A stretch of 64,000 nucleotides of DNA from Amphiscolops sp. MND2022 (taxonomy: Eukaryota), in contig OZ076417.1 of NCBI GenBank assembly GCA_964187785.1, positions 53,196,001-53,260,000 on the forward strand, in the 5' to 3' direction. Below, piece after piece: positions 26,061 to 38,036 of this stretch (its first letter is position 1; every line of letters starts with the position of its first letter). A model generated the notes under the pieces. That model was not told the origin of the DNA and searched no databases. It worked only from the letters and a program-made list of their open reading frames with translations. Made by a program: the position numbers and the translations under genes.

Positions 26061-26390
26061 GGTCTATTTACTTTTGCTTTCACATGTGTTGTTAATATGC
26101 CAATTACGTAATCGGACACTCTGGCAGAAGTGACTGACATTCTAATTGGCCAATCATATTAGAGCGTACTACCAATTTCAGTACAATTTCTGAGCGCATT
26201 TGCTCTTTGCCTTTCGTTTAGATCGCCACGCCTTCCTTTATTGGTTTAGTCAGTTTTTATACACATTTATACTTTTATAAAATTCTACTCTAGTCCTTTT
26301 ATTAGTCTATTCAGTTTGTCCTCCAAACCTCATTCCATTAAATTATTAATTGGGTCATTGGAGATAACTGAGGGTTTCCAATTCAGCATC

Positions 26391-29300
26391 ATGAGTGACA
26401 ATAGAGGACGAAATCTTTCCCAGGAGTTCGTTTCCAGAATGAGGACCCGATCTTGGGGATACAAGTCCCCGACAGCTGATTCTCCAGGTGAGTTTGAGCT
26501 TTTGTCTTGGTTTATTTCTTCCAGTTTCGAATTTGTTAAGAATAACATAGTTGGCCGGACTATGAATTCATCGATTTTGTGATCAAGAGAATACTCAGAT
26601 CAGAATTCTGTCTTGGAAATATTTCTACTTCCGGTCTCAATTTAGTTTGACTTCCGCTTTTTCTGTTCAAATTACCGCGTCCGGTAAAAAGGTTTCCACA
26701 GCAGATCCAAGTCAAAAATTTCAATTTGTCTGTTTGGATTTATAAACCAATCATTTTAGGTAAACTCGCGATCGTGGAGAAATCGCCTCAGCCGTCTCCT
26801 GAGAAGGTTTATGCTCCCCTCCAAGTTGTTTCGCCTAATCAGTCTGAGCCTTCCGTATACAGCATCCCACCACCAACTCTTGTCCGCCCTGCACAAGAAG
26901 GAGTAGAACAAGAAGCCGTTGTGGACACACATAACCCCTTCGGAACCCAGGAATGCAGTGTTCTTCCTGAAAATCCTGAGGAAAATCCTGAAGCGGGCGA
27001 ACAGCCTCACGAAACCCAAGGCGCTACACCTCCTATTGCTTCCACTTCTGCCTTACAGGATACATTCACTTCTCAACTCTTGGATAGTCTTGCTGCTGCT
27101 ATTTCATCACGGACTAATTCCCCCCGATTTTCACAGTACTTACCTGTGGATCAACGAATTGACTCATTTATCAGCGACCATTTACCGATGGGACAAACTA
27201 CTCTTATGGGGGACACAAACGAGATTTTCCAAGCTCCTCAATCTTTGTCGGCGGAGCTCAATACTTCCTCACCACCAGTGACCAATGCCAGCATCAGCAT
27301 TACTCGAAATGAGGTCATAGCTTTAACCAACGTGTTGAGTCGCATTCCCCAATCATTCTTGTCAGGGGAAAACGTTCTGTCCCCCAGACTTACTGTCTCA
27401 GTCGTTGAAAATCCACCTGGACCCAGCAACGAACTCTCTCCACATTATCCAACTAGTACCGATCGAGGCGCCCTTGAGCGGGGAACACGACCGAATTTGA
27501 TCCCGAAGAAAATCCTCTGAGACCAGCCAAGCGACCAAGGCCTCGGTATTGCTTGACTGAAAGTATGTTCAGAAAACACCCAGTATTGAAATTTTCTGCA
27601 ACTGGGTCGATTGACAAAGAAAAAACCCCCTACAAATGGTGGTGTAGGGTGTGCAAACTTGAATTATCCCTAATGAGCCGAGGACCCTTGGAAATGATAT
27701 CGCACTACAAGACAGAATCCCATCTCGTAAAAGAACATAGAATCCGGATGGAAACACCAGGTTTGGCCCTTTATGACCGTGAAGAGGTAGAGTTGCAAGG
27801 TATTGCTTTACAAGAAGCAAAAAGGACAGCTAAGGACACTTACCCAATACCACCCCAACTTGGTCCTCGAAGGTTGCTTGTGGGGCAGGACAGGCTACCA
27901 GACATAAAAGGTGACTCCAGTCCAGTCGAGATTGTGTTGGCTCAATTGCGGGTTTTGGAATTTGGGTTGAAACATGGAGGGCCCCTTGCTAGTCTAATCG
28001 GAATTCACGACGAGATTTTGCAACATACTTCTACGACCAGTGATTTCCAGCCCTTCAATTGGGAGAGCTCACGAATCTTCGTAAGCATTTACTACATTTT
28101 GCAATTTACATATAGTAACTAAACCTCATCTTTTGCACATTCACCTCTTCTAACTATGATCGAAAATTGACCACTAGCCTATGTTTCAGGGAATGCTGGT
28201 ATATATGTTCCGTGAACTCATCAGTTATTGCATTACCCACATTACTTCTTCTGGAAATTACTCGCTAGTCCTGCAACGATCCCCGACCCACTCTTTCCTC
28301 TTTTTATCCTTTTGGTCTGGGAACATTTTCCAGCAAGTTTGTATTGGGACAGGTCCTCGGGGCGTGCTAGTCCCTAAGAAAATTCTCATCTTGATATCTT
28401 CTCTCTTGAGTTTATTTGAGTCTCCACCCAATTGCATTAGTTTGGTTGATATGGAAGAGAAACTTAGCAGTTGTTTAATCTCTGTACTGAATTGTGATCC
28501 GAAACCCAGCATTGTCAATAGCTTTAGTCCTGCTGAGTTTGAAAAGTGTTTGGCCATCCCAACTGCCAAAATAATTGAGCGTCACGATTTCCGAATAATT
28601 ATCGATTACCTGCTCCTAAAATTACTCACTGCTCTCGATCGGGATTGGGTCCATTCACTGCCTGTCCTTCACAAGGTAGTATTTTACTTCCGAGTTTCCA
28701 ACACAAAACAAGCCTTGATTGTCGTTGACCAATTTCTTTTTTCAGTCCATATTAACTCTGGAGTACAACCTGGCGGAAGCATCTGCTTTGATTGAATGTT
28801 TTTCCGCTAATTGGGACAGAATCAAGGACCATCTGACACAGGTGTCACGAATGCCGGAATACCGATTTCACATGAGAGAAGTAAGTGTTCAAATTTCACA
28901 CCCATTTCCGAAAAACATCTTCCAAATAGGTTACTTTTCGTTTGTGTTATAGCCTACTTCCCTAGATGAGTGTTTCCAATTGGACACCGCGTACTTAGCA
29001 GGTTTATTCGTAATCCGATGTGCCATTGATCACTGTTAGTGAACTTTTATTTCCCTCTTATTTTTCAAATGGTTTCCATGATTTGTATTTAAGACGATCT
29101 TGTTTGTTTTGTGAACCCTGGTATCTATTCGTAAAGTCTTCCTCTGTCGCGAAGGTCGTAAGTTAGTCCGGTAACTCAAATACGTGTGGTTTTTAATTCC
29201 GTATTGGGATCTACATGTTTGACTCTCAGATTTCTAAATTCCGTACTTCAGCGCATATACGTCATGTCATGTCTTTCATTACGCCGTCCAGCTCAAATCT

Positions 29301-31162
29301 GAATTATGCACAACTTTAAATACTCTTCATTTCATTCCGCATAGTAGCGTACGACTGTAGTTCGAATTCCGCATAGTAGCGTACGACTGTAGTTCGAATT
29401 CCGCGTAGTACTGCATATTTAGAATTCAAATTCCGCATAATACTGCGTAACCAGAATACAAATTCCGCACAGCGCCGCATAATCAGATTCCAAGTTCCGC
29501 ACAGCGCCGCATAATCAGATTCCAAGTTTCGCACAGTGCCGCATAATCAGATTCCAAGTTCCGCACAGCGCCGCATAATCAGATTTCAATTTCCGCACAG
29601 CGCCGCATAATCAGATTCCAAGTTCCGTGTGTTAACGAATGGTGAGGGTTTGAGTTCCGTAGAACTACGTATATGCATTCTTCTCTAATTCGCTTGGTGA
29701 CGCTTAATTGTCTTGTGATAATGCTTTTGTAATTGCTTGTTGAATGACACGGAAAAAAAACGCATATTGGCGCATAAGAACTAGCCTTTTCCGTATGGTT
29801 GCGCATAAACAAATTTGTAACGTTGTGAGAATGGAATCACAGAAAATTTGTGTATTACCGTATACACAATGGCAACATCTCGCATATTGCGGTATATACT
29901 TCTGAGATTTTTTGCGTGGACACCGAGTAAATAGCTAGGATTTTCGCGGAATACCTCATAGTTGAAGTTTTTCGAACGGTATAGTAAAGTGTACACACTT
30001 CTATATTTCATGCTAAAAATTGTATAGCTGTATTCATAAGTTTGTTTCAGACAACTCAGCGTTCGCCGAGGTACAAGGAGAAATGAATCAAGGTTTCAGG
30101 ATTTTCAACCAATTCACCGTCTTTGTGTATAGTCAGTTACAAAACTTGCTACCGGACAGTTTCCTTGGAGACATTTCGAATTGGGATTCATATTTGAAGA
30201 TCGATTTGTCGGGCACTGAATTACCTCTGAAAACTCCTGCTGAGTTTGCTCTTAATCCTGATTTCCACTATCTCGTTACCTCCAGTCGGCTGCCTCGTCC
30301 TAGTCGATTTGTTGAACAATCCATGGCTTTCTGCAAGTCATTTTGCAGTATATTGTTGTCCCATGATATTTTAAAGTCAACACTGCTTCGAGGACTTTCT
30401 TGTTTTGACCATGCTGTTATTCTGGATGGTTCGGAACAAAATTATACCATTGCTATTGAGGATCTTACAAGTTACTTCGTCTCTACAGGTGTAATTTCAG
30501 CAGGGGACAAGACCAAGGCAGTGAGCCAGTACCGCTCCTTTGTTACTAAATTACGAGCTAACGACGATGTCCCCCGATGTGATTGGGTTTTGTACTTAGG
30601 TTCTCATTATGAGATGCAGAGTCGGACTGAGCTATCACGTGTATTTCGTGTTGCTTGCTTGTGTCTACCGCCTGTGATCACAATCCCTGACAAATTCGAG
30701 GTTTCTATTCCAGAGTTAAAATCTGACCATGATGCTTTTGAATCAGTGGTTAGGAGCTTGCAGTTATCTTATGTCACTGTGCCTAACGTCTCTAGTCTGT
30801 ATGGAGACTCTAAATCGGTGGGAAGAATCTTCCGATTGCTTGGGCTAGGACGTGAATTAATCAACGACAAGAAGTTTTCCATCTGGAGTTTTTTGCGTGG
30901 AAGTGGGGTCCGGATGTCATCTATGTTAGAGAAATTCGAGGCGGCTTACAAGAGGTCTGTGCTGCTGAGTGAAGGTTTGCCTATATTTCTGGAAGCTACT
31001 ACACCCAGTGTAAGTCATTCGTCGAGCACCACTAGTTCACCTGGATCTGGGCTGTCCCCCAAACGAATGCCTAATAAAGTGACTCCTGCTACACTGATGG
31101 AGCCCGGAGTAGAAAAAGGTAGGAAGGGAAAAGCCAAGAAGACCAGAGAAAAGAAGGATTGA
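26391..31162 (+). CDS. Six-exon antisense cargo gene of element 2, ~1,066 aa, hAT-transposase-derived protein lacking catalytic motifs; one 1-bp frameshift at the G run 27480-27483
   Basis: Exons 26391-26487, 26760-28080, 28190-28675, 28746-28880, 28953-29001, 30051-31162. All five GT-AG introns join in frame (phases 1,0,0,0,1). Contains the CRVC-x16-H-x5-H finger. Confidence 0.85.
29335..29627. repeat. 32-bp minisatellite (two unit variants) in intron 5 of the antisense gene
   Basis: TTCCGCATAGTAGCGTACGACTGTAGTTCGAA and TTCCGCACAGCGCCGCATAATCAGATTCCAAG units, period 32. Confidence 0.92.
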
Positions 31163-31401
31163 TGCGATTTTGAACTTTCAGACTCTGTTAACTCGTTTTT
31201 TTTTAAACTTGATTTACGTTTTCTTTGTTTGTATGTATTTATTGCAATTTTTTTGGAATGCTGACAAGGAGGATAATATTATGAGTTTCAAGTCCTCGAG
31301 TTTAAAGGAAAATTTGTCAGTGATTTGTTTTTAGTATCTGTATGAGTCTGAAAAGTTTGGGTTGGGGTTGGGGCGTAAGTTATATTTTTCACCACGTGTG
31401 T

Positions 31402-32997
31402 TTATGGGTTGTTCTTACAATGGGGTATTTTGGGAATTTTCTGGGGTTTTTTGGATATCGTCAACTGGTGTACTATTTGGTTTTTCTTGAGTTTTTTGGG
31501 TATTTTGATTATCTTCATTGATGTGTTGTGGTATTTCATTTTCATGGTTGTCGTAATCTTGATTTGGTTCAGTGGTCTGTTCCACTGGCTCCCCTCCTTA
31601 TTTTTTGAAGATCTTGGGGAGGGAGGGCGGTTATCATCAGGTGTTTGAATTGGAGTATATTCAACGTCTTCAGTGTCTTGTGTAAATTCTGAAGGACCAT
31701 CTTCGAACGGGTTAGACCCAAAATTTGTGTTCCATGATTGGGCATATAGGTCATCATTTGCTATAGGCATTTGGTCATCTTTTTGCCAATCAGTTTCGCG
31801 AACGAAAATGTCTGCTAATGGGGCTTGCGGGGTGAATTTCCGTAAACGGATCCTGTGTAGTAATTGCGTTTTGTTAGTTCCAAGTCTCCGGACAATATAA
31901 TTATTGTTAGGGAGTACTTTTTCTACTTTATATGGACCACACCATCTGAATTCTCGGAATGGTATTTTTGTCGCTTGAGTATCTGCTTTTGGGTTAAGAA
32001 TGTAACAATAGTCCGTCGTTTCAAGTGGAGCTGCTTTGGCTTTTCGATCATAGTAAGCCTTGTATTTGAGATACGATTGCATAATGTTCTTCTTAGTTTG
32101 ATCCAAGAGGATTTTCATTCGTTTTTGAATTTCTTCTGCCACATCTGACTGTGGTTGGTATCGTGGGTTAGGGTTATATCCGAGTTTGTAGTCGAGGATA
32201 TTATGTGGTATTCTACCATGGAAAACTCGTGAAGGTTCACAGCCGAGTGATGCATGGTATGTTGTATTGTGGTTGAGGACTGCCAATGGGAGATATTTAT
32301 GCCAATTATTTCTGAATTCGTCTGTTGCAGCTTTCAGATGTGTTTTCACTGAGGCATGGGTTCTCTCGAGGAGTCCTATTGTTTGGGCATGTTTCATTGT
32401 GGCATGTTTAAGTTCAATTCCTAGCACTGCTGCAATTTCGTGAGTCACCTGTGCGTTGAACTGGGTTCCTAAATCCGTGATTATTGTCGTTGGTAGGTAG
32501 GTGTGTTTGCATAATATATCCATGACGACTCTTGATACTGCTGTTGCAGTGATACGAGTTACGGGATATGCGAGCAAATACCTCGAGAAGACATCTATGG
32601 CTGTGATAATATGATCATATCCTCCGCTCGGAGGGAGGTTTGGTAGGATATCCATCTGTAGGGTGTCTTCCGGACCTAGATCCCATTCGGGACAATTGAG
32701 GAGTTCTGTCCTTAGGAGGTCATTGTTAATACGTTTGGTTTGGATGCAGGTTTGACAGTTACTAATCCACTTTTTTATGTACTTTGCCATACAAGGATAG
32801 AAATATTTTTGTCTTGCTTCTTGTATCATTTTTGTGATACCTGGGTGGTTTGAATTATGACCATGTAGGGCTTGGAGGAATTCGTCTACAAGTTGAATCG
32901 GAAGGAGAATTTGGTACTGTGATACTGTTCCAGTATCCGTATAGTATTTCCTGGTAAGGACTTCTTGTTTTATCTCAATCCGTGTTATGTTTTGCAG
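31402..32997 (-). CDS. Integrase region of element 2 pol (HHCC + DDE), separated from RH by a premature stop
   Basis: HGHNSNHPGITKMIQE...CQTC; LQMDILP, IITDLGTQF, GLLERTH. Stop at 32998-33000. Confidence 0.93.
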   Translation of the reverse strand: MQNITRIEIKQEVLTRKYYTDTGTVSQYQILLPIQLVDEFLQALHGHNSNHPGITKMIQEARQKYFYPCMAKYIKKWISNCQTCIQTKRINNDLLRTELLNCPEWDLGPEDTLQMDILPNLPPSGGYDHIITAIDVFSRYLLAYPVTRITATAVSRVVMDILCKHTYLPTTIITDLGTQFNAQVTHEIAAVLGIELKHATMKHAQTIGLLERTHASVKTHLKAATDEFRNNWHKYLPLAVLNHNTTYHASLGCEPSRVFHGRIPHNILDYKLGYNPNPRYQPQSDVAEEIQKRMKILLDQTKKNIMQSYLKYKAYYDRKAKAAPLETTDYCYILNPKADTQATKIPFREFRWCGPYKVEKVLPNNNYIVRRLGTNKTQLLHRIRLRKFTPQAPLADIFVRETDWQKDDQMPIANDDLYAQSWNTNFGSNPFEDGPSEFTQDTEDVEYTPIQTPDDNRPPSPRSSKNKEGSQWNRPLNQIKITTTMKMKYHNTSMKIIKIPKKLKKNQIVHQLTISKKPQKIPKIPHCKNNP

Positions 32998-35016
32998 TTA
33001 GTGGTGGTATCGATAGTCAGATGCTAAATCGTTTTCGTCAAAGGGTTCGCCCTGTATTTTCGCTCTGAGATTTCTGAGAACAATGTCATTATTTTGTTCG
33101 AGGCGAATCCTTGCATTGTCTCTGAAGTATCCTGATGATACCGAGATCAAACCCGATGTGGGTTTGTGGAAATGGTGTAGTTCAGAGATGTTATTTTCTG
33201 GTTCGTTGTGGGTTTCAGTTTGAGCTTGTGTACGTACATTTTGTTTTTCTTCCCATAGTTGATTCTCGTCTATTTCATCATCGGGGAGAATGTAGATGTG
33301 TTCTTCTTCTACGATACCTGATGATTGGATGTTGACTTCTATTGCCTTTGTGTAGATGTCATTGCGGATAGTCATTTCTAGCTTTTCTTTTGGGTTTACT
33401 TCTGTTCTGGATAGAAAATCTGCTGCAGTGTTCAAGGAACCAGCGACGTGGGCAATGACAAAATTATATTGCAATACGTAATCGCAGGCGTTCCAGAGTG
33501 CTGGAGGAATCATTTTTGTTTGAAAGAATCGGGTTACCGAGCGATTGTCGGTAAACACGATTACCGGGAAGGTGTTGCCCCACATGAGGTGTCCAAATTC
33601 CACAAATGCGAAGTATATGGAAAGGAATTCTTTTGCGTAGATTGACATCTTGGTTTGTGTGGGGTTGAATGTTTTGGATCCAAACGCTATGGGTGCATAG
33701 GTTTTTCGTTTGGATTGTAACTTCTGGTTCGGGTCATCTTCTATCATGATTGCATAGCCCGCAGCAGTAAAACTAGCATCAGACATGACTATGAGCTGTT
33801 TGTGTTTTAGTGGTTGTTTCAGTGCCAGTTGGCAGGAATTTTCGAGAAGTTTGTTCAAGCTTGTGAAGTCGTCGACTAAATTTGTTGGTACATAGAACTT
33901 GGAAGTTTCTTTGAGGAGTTTGAAAAACGGGGTTAGACGTTCTGAGAGGCGAGGAATGTAGTTTCGGTAATAATTCAAAAATCCGATATACCTTTGTAAT
34001 GCCTTTTTTGATTTAGGAAAACGAAGCTTTGAGATGAAGTCTTTAACCTTGTCGGCTTGTGGGGCGACTCCATCTGGGGTGATTGTACGTCCCAGAAAGT
34101 CGACTTGTTTGACTCCGAAATGACATTTAGACATTGAGAGTTTTAATCCTGCGTTGCGGATGCATTCAAACACTGTTTTGATGTTAAGACACAACTGTTT
34201 GGTGTCGTTGGCTGCTCTGCCTATGTCATCGACATATTGGGCACATTGGTCTGCTTTAATCGCTTTGTCTAGGTAGTCTCTCATGAAACTCGAAAATGCT
34301 GAAAGGGATCTGCTGAGACCCTGGGCAAGCCTACGGTATGCGAATGTTCTGCTTGCAAAGTTAAAAGCGAGCATCTGTATGGACTGATAATCTGCCATTT
34401 GGAGGCAGTGGTAAGCAGTCTAGTTTACAGAAAAGTTTTCTCCCCGCCATATGTTGGGCTGCATCCGATAATGTGCTTACCGGGTGGTTGTTGTTGGCGT
34501 AATCTTCTGTGATTAGTTGTTGATTTTTCGTAGGTCGACTAGAAGTCTGAGTCGCCCGTTAGGTTTGCGTTGTGCAAAGATTGGGCTTGTGTATTTTGAG
34601 AAGGGTAGAGTTGTTATGATGCCATACTTGTGTAGAAGTGCGAGTTCTACAGTGATATCATCTTTGAGGTTAATTGGAGTCGGTAGACTTTGGCTATAAG
34701 CAGGTCTGTCATCGTTGGGTGTGAGTTTTACTTTGAATTCACGATTTATGTCAATATCAAAACGATGTCTGGCAAAAATATCGTGAAACTTAATGAGGAT
34801 TTCTTCAATTGCTTTGCGTTCATCTGAGCTGAGTGTTGTGTCAGACCAATCAAAGTGTGAGAGAAATGCTGTTCTGGAGGTTTCACTATCATGTGGGTTT
34901 AGTTTCTCGAGTTCTTTGAGTTCGAGAAGTTCATTATATATACGTTGCTGAATTGGGGTGTATGTTGTAGGGTCGCCTGGTTCTTCAGGTGTAGGGAACC
35001 AGTATGTTTCTTGGTC
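32998..35016 (-). pseudogene. RT and RNase H of element 2 pol, with an ~8-nt frameshifting deletion near 34410
   Basis: YVDDIG, FLGRTI, VMSDAS, VFTDNRS. LDC(SQA)YHC is collapsed to GACTGCTTACCAC. Confidence 0.93.
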
Positions 35017-36189
35017 TTAATGTTGTTGTGGTACTTTAAGGAGTTCATTTATGTGGACTTCAGTTGTTTCCTCATATTGTATCATGAACGATAGTAACGC
35101 TGGATCAACTGGTTGTATATGCTTGATTTGTTCTGGGGTTAGTATCTTAAAATCTGCTAAATGGGTATCCATTGTGATTGTATGGGGTAGTTCTGAAAAG
35201 TTGATAATTTGATAATCGATAGCATTGTTGTTAACAATGCTGAGTGATGCAGTAATGAAAATGCTATCATGATTTTCGTATTGTTGTGATGGGGTAACTA
35301 TGCCAGTGGCATTATGGTCCATTAGGTGAGGCATTCTGCTTGCTATTACAAGGGTTTCGCCTGGTTGTAAGGTATAGGTGTTTTCGGCAAATAAGGGTGT
35401 TGCTTGGCGTACTGCTGTTTGGGTATCGGGTTTAAGTTGCATTGACAGATAGGGAAATGTTAAGATGCCTTGGTTGACATCAAAAATTGCATTGTTTCTG
35501 CGGAGGAAGCACAATCCTATCAGTGGGTTCGGTAGATTTTTCATGTAGATGAAATTTTCTTTTGGCATGAAATCAGCCACTTCGAATTCCAGTAGTACCG
35601 TACCAATGGGGACTTCTAGTTGTCCGTTGGCCACCATGATTTGGAAGTTTGGTGGGGGACCAGTTTCTTTAATTGCTTCATTTGCTAACAACTTTATTTT
35701 ATTAAGATCTTGTTCGAAGATCGCACTTGTAAGGGCTCCGGTATCAATAAGACCGTCAAGTGTAAGCTTTTCGAAGTCCATTGGGATATAGTACATATGG
35801 CGTTTTCGTTTTAATGTCAAGGAGGTTGAGATCGGAAGCTATGACAAATTTCGTTCCTTGTCAAATTGTATGTGTTCGGTGAGGTCTTCATTGAGAAGAG
35901 GTTGTTTTTCATCATTGCCAGAAGTTTTAATTAGGACTTAATTTTTTGGTGATTGTGGGGATTCTGGGGTTAAGTCAGTTGTGGGAGAAGTTGGTTGTTG
36001 TGTAAAATAGTTGTCTGGTGCGTCATGTAAGAGTTCATATATATCTTCAGGTTGAGTTTCTTGTGTTGTTGAATCATTTTTATTGTTTATGATTTTTGTA
36101 GGTTTTGGGCTCGGCTGATGCTGCCAGACATCTGCAGGGCTTAATTTTTGTAGTGGTTTTTTGCAAAGGCGTGGCGATTCTAGTTTAAA
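35017..36189 (-). pseudogene. pol N-terminal linker and aspartic protease of element 2; in-frame stops near 35938, 35840 and 35017
   Basis: LIDTGALTSA, IMVANG, IGLCFLRRN. Confidence 0.9.
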
Positions 36190-38036
36190 TCCTTCGAAGT
36201 GGATTGTTGTGGGCGTTCGATTTTTGGTTTTATTGGTTTTCGAGCTTGTTTGTATTCTTCAATAACTTTCTTTTGGGCTTCGGTGAGATTCCACTTAGAT
36301 GGGCGATTTTCCATGTTGGCGCCAAAGTAGCAATTTTCTTCCTCGTGACCTGGTGTGTTGCAGTTTTCACTCTTTGCCGCATCCGGGTCTTCTTCAAATT
36401 TTCGTCGTTTTGCTAGTTTGGGGCAATCAGCCATCATGTGTCCTGCCTTTTTGCAATAACGGCATTGGTTATTTTTGTGTGTTTTATCAGGTACTGTTTT
36501 AGGCGTTTGTTTTTTGGTTTTTTCGTTCGGTTTTTTGTTAGTTTTCTCAGTGTTTTGTTCTTTTTTAGTAGCGGTCATTTGGGTTTTCACTAGGGGCTCG
36601 TCTGCTTCGAGACCGTTAAGTTCCATCTCTCTTTCGAGATGTTTAACTATCTGATCGTATGTTCCATTTTCGAGGTAGGCTTGGTTTATGGACTTTTTGA
36701 GATGTGGGGGCATTTTTGCGTAGAGTAGATTCTCTATCATTTGATGGGCGTTGTCCCCAAACGCTTTCTCGGCACTTTCTTGGAGTTCTTTCAGGAAATC
36801 CGGGAGTTTTTGGTTCTCTGGGTCAAATGAGAGTCTGTTGAATCGATGCTTGGCAGATGCGCTAGACTCTGGTTTGACGTACTTTCTGCGGAAGACCTTT
36901 AGAATATCATCTAAGGTTGTATTTGGGGTTCTTTGTATGTTTTTGAATGTTTTGAGAGCCAAACCTCTTAGATGTGCGTGAAAATGGTTGATTTTCATTT
37001 CCTCTGTTAGGTTTGGTTGCATTCGAAGTGTTGTGTGGAATAAGTCTTCAAAGTATTCGAATTTCTCATTTTTCTCATTTTTCCCATTGAAGGTGAGTGT
37101 GTTTTTAGGATGAAATAATGACTGTGGAGAATTTTTGTTTGCCAATTTTTCGATTGCTAATGCAATCTGATTTACTGGATCGAGAGGCTTCGGTGTCATA
37201 TTTGACGAGTTTTGGTCTGCGCGGGATCCTAATGTGTCGTTTAGCTTCTGTGAGCTTTGTGTATGGAGTTGTTGGTTGGCTCCTGTCACCATGTGATAAT
37301 CCTCTATTTCTGCTTCTGATTCTTCGTCAGAATATATATTTATGTCTATATCCGATTCACTTCGGAACAAGGGTTTAGTAGGATGTTTGGGATCCATCGT
37401 TTTAGAAGCTCTAAGAGGATAATTGTCGTTTTCAGAATCTGAATTTTCTTTCTTAGATGCGTGAACTCCTATAGGCGGGTCTATCCTGGATCCCGATGGT
37501 TGTGGTTCTTGTATCTCATTTGTATCAGACCTTGGGTTTGTCGTCATTGAAGCACCCTTATTGTGTTTTATCTCCTTCAAAATTGCTTCTAGTTTGTTGT
37601 TCATTTCTTCTCTCATTTTCTCTATTCTTTCAGTATTTTTCCGCTCAACAATCTGAGTCCAAACTTGTATCTCATCACTAATTTGACTGGGTTCTCTTAG
37701 TTGGTTTTCCGAGTTCAATCCACCTAAACTTTCTTGAACATTTAGGTTAGAATTATTTAAAGTTATATTACCTGTTCCTGGAGAGTCAACTCTAGTTTCG
37801 CTCGTTTCTCTCTCAGGAGATGGGGTTGCTAATCTCCTTGATCTTCGACTCCTCTTATTTCCCATTTCGCTCAGTAGAAAACAAGTTATGTTTGTTGGGG
37901 AAGAATTTGAATTATGTTCTCGGCACGGAAAATCCAATCTTGGAGAAAGCAATGAAAATGTTGATAGTATTAGCAAGAGTCTGGAGAAATTGATACAACT
38001 GCACTTTGGAGAGGTTATTTCAATTGTGTCTTGCAT
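36180..38036 (-). CDS. gag of element 2 (likely start at 37865 or 38036, inside the 5' LTR); CCHC knuckles
   Basis: 618-aa ORF; FNGKNEKNEKFEYFEDLF; CRYCKKAGHMMADC; second knuckle SENCNTPGHEEENC. Confidence 0.93.
   Translation of the reverse strand: MQDTIEITSPKCSCINFSRLLLILSTFSLLSPRLDFPCREHNSNSSPTNITCFLLSEMGNKRSRRSRRLATPSPERETSETRVDSPGTGNITLNNSNLNVQESLGGLNSENQLREPSQISDEIQVWTQIVERKNTERIEKMREEMNNKLEAILKEIKHNKGASMTTNPRSDTNEIQEPQPSGSRIDPPIGVHASKKENSDSENDNYPLRASKTMDPKHPTKPLFRSESDIDINIYSDEESEAEIEDYHMVTGANQQLHTQSSQKLNDTLGSRADQNSSNMTPKPLDPVNQIALAIEKLANKNSPQSLFHPKNTLTFNGKNEKNEKFEYFEDLFHTTLRMQPNLTEEMKINHFHAHLRGLALKTFKNIQRTPNTTLDDILKVFRRKYVKPESSASAKHRFNRLSFDPENQKLPDFLKELQESAEKAFGDNAHQMIENLLYAKMPPHLKKSINQAYLENGTYDQIVKHLEREMELNGLEADEPLVKTQMTATKKEQNTEKTNKKPNEKTKKQTPKTVPDKTHKNNQCRYCKKAGHMMADCPKLAKRRKFEEDPDAAKSENCNTPGHEEENCYFGANMENRPSKWNLTEAQKKVIEEYKQARKPIKPKIERPQQSTSKDLN
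36183..36189 (-). promoter_or_regulatory. -1 programmed ribosomal frameshift slippery site U UUA AAC at the gag stop
   Basis: GAT TTA AAC TAG ends gag; the -1 frame continues as the pol linker (FKLESPRLCKK...). Confidence 0.8.
37279..37291 (-). promoter_or_regulatory. Primer-binding site TGGTGACAGGAGC directly after the 5' LTR
   Basis: Starts with TGG (pairs with tRNA CCA) with no gap after LTR ...ATCACA. Confidence 0.88.
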
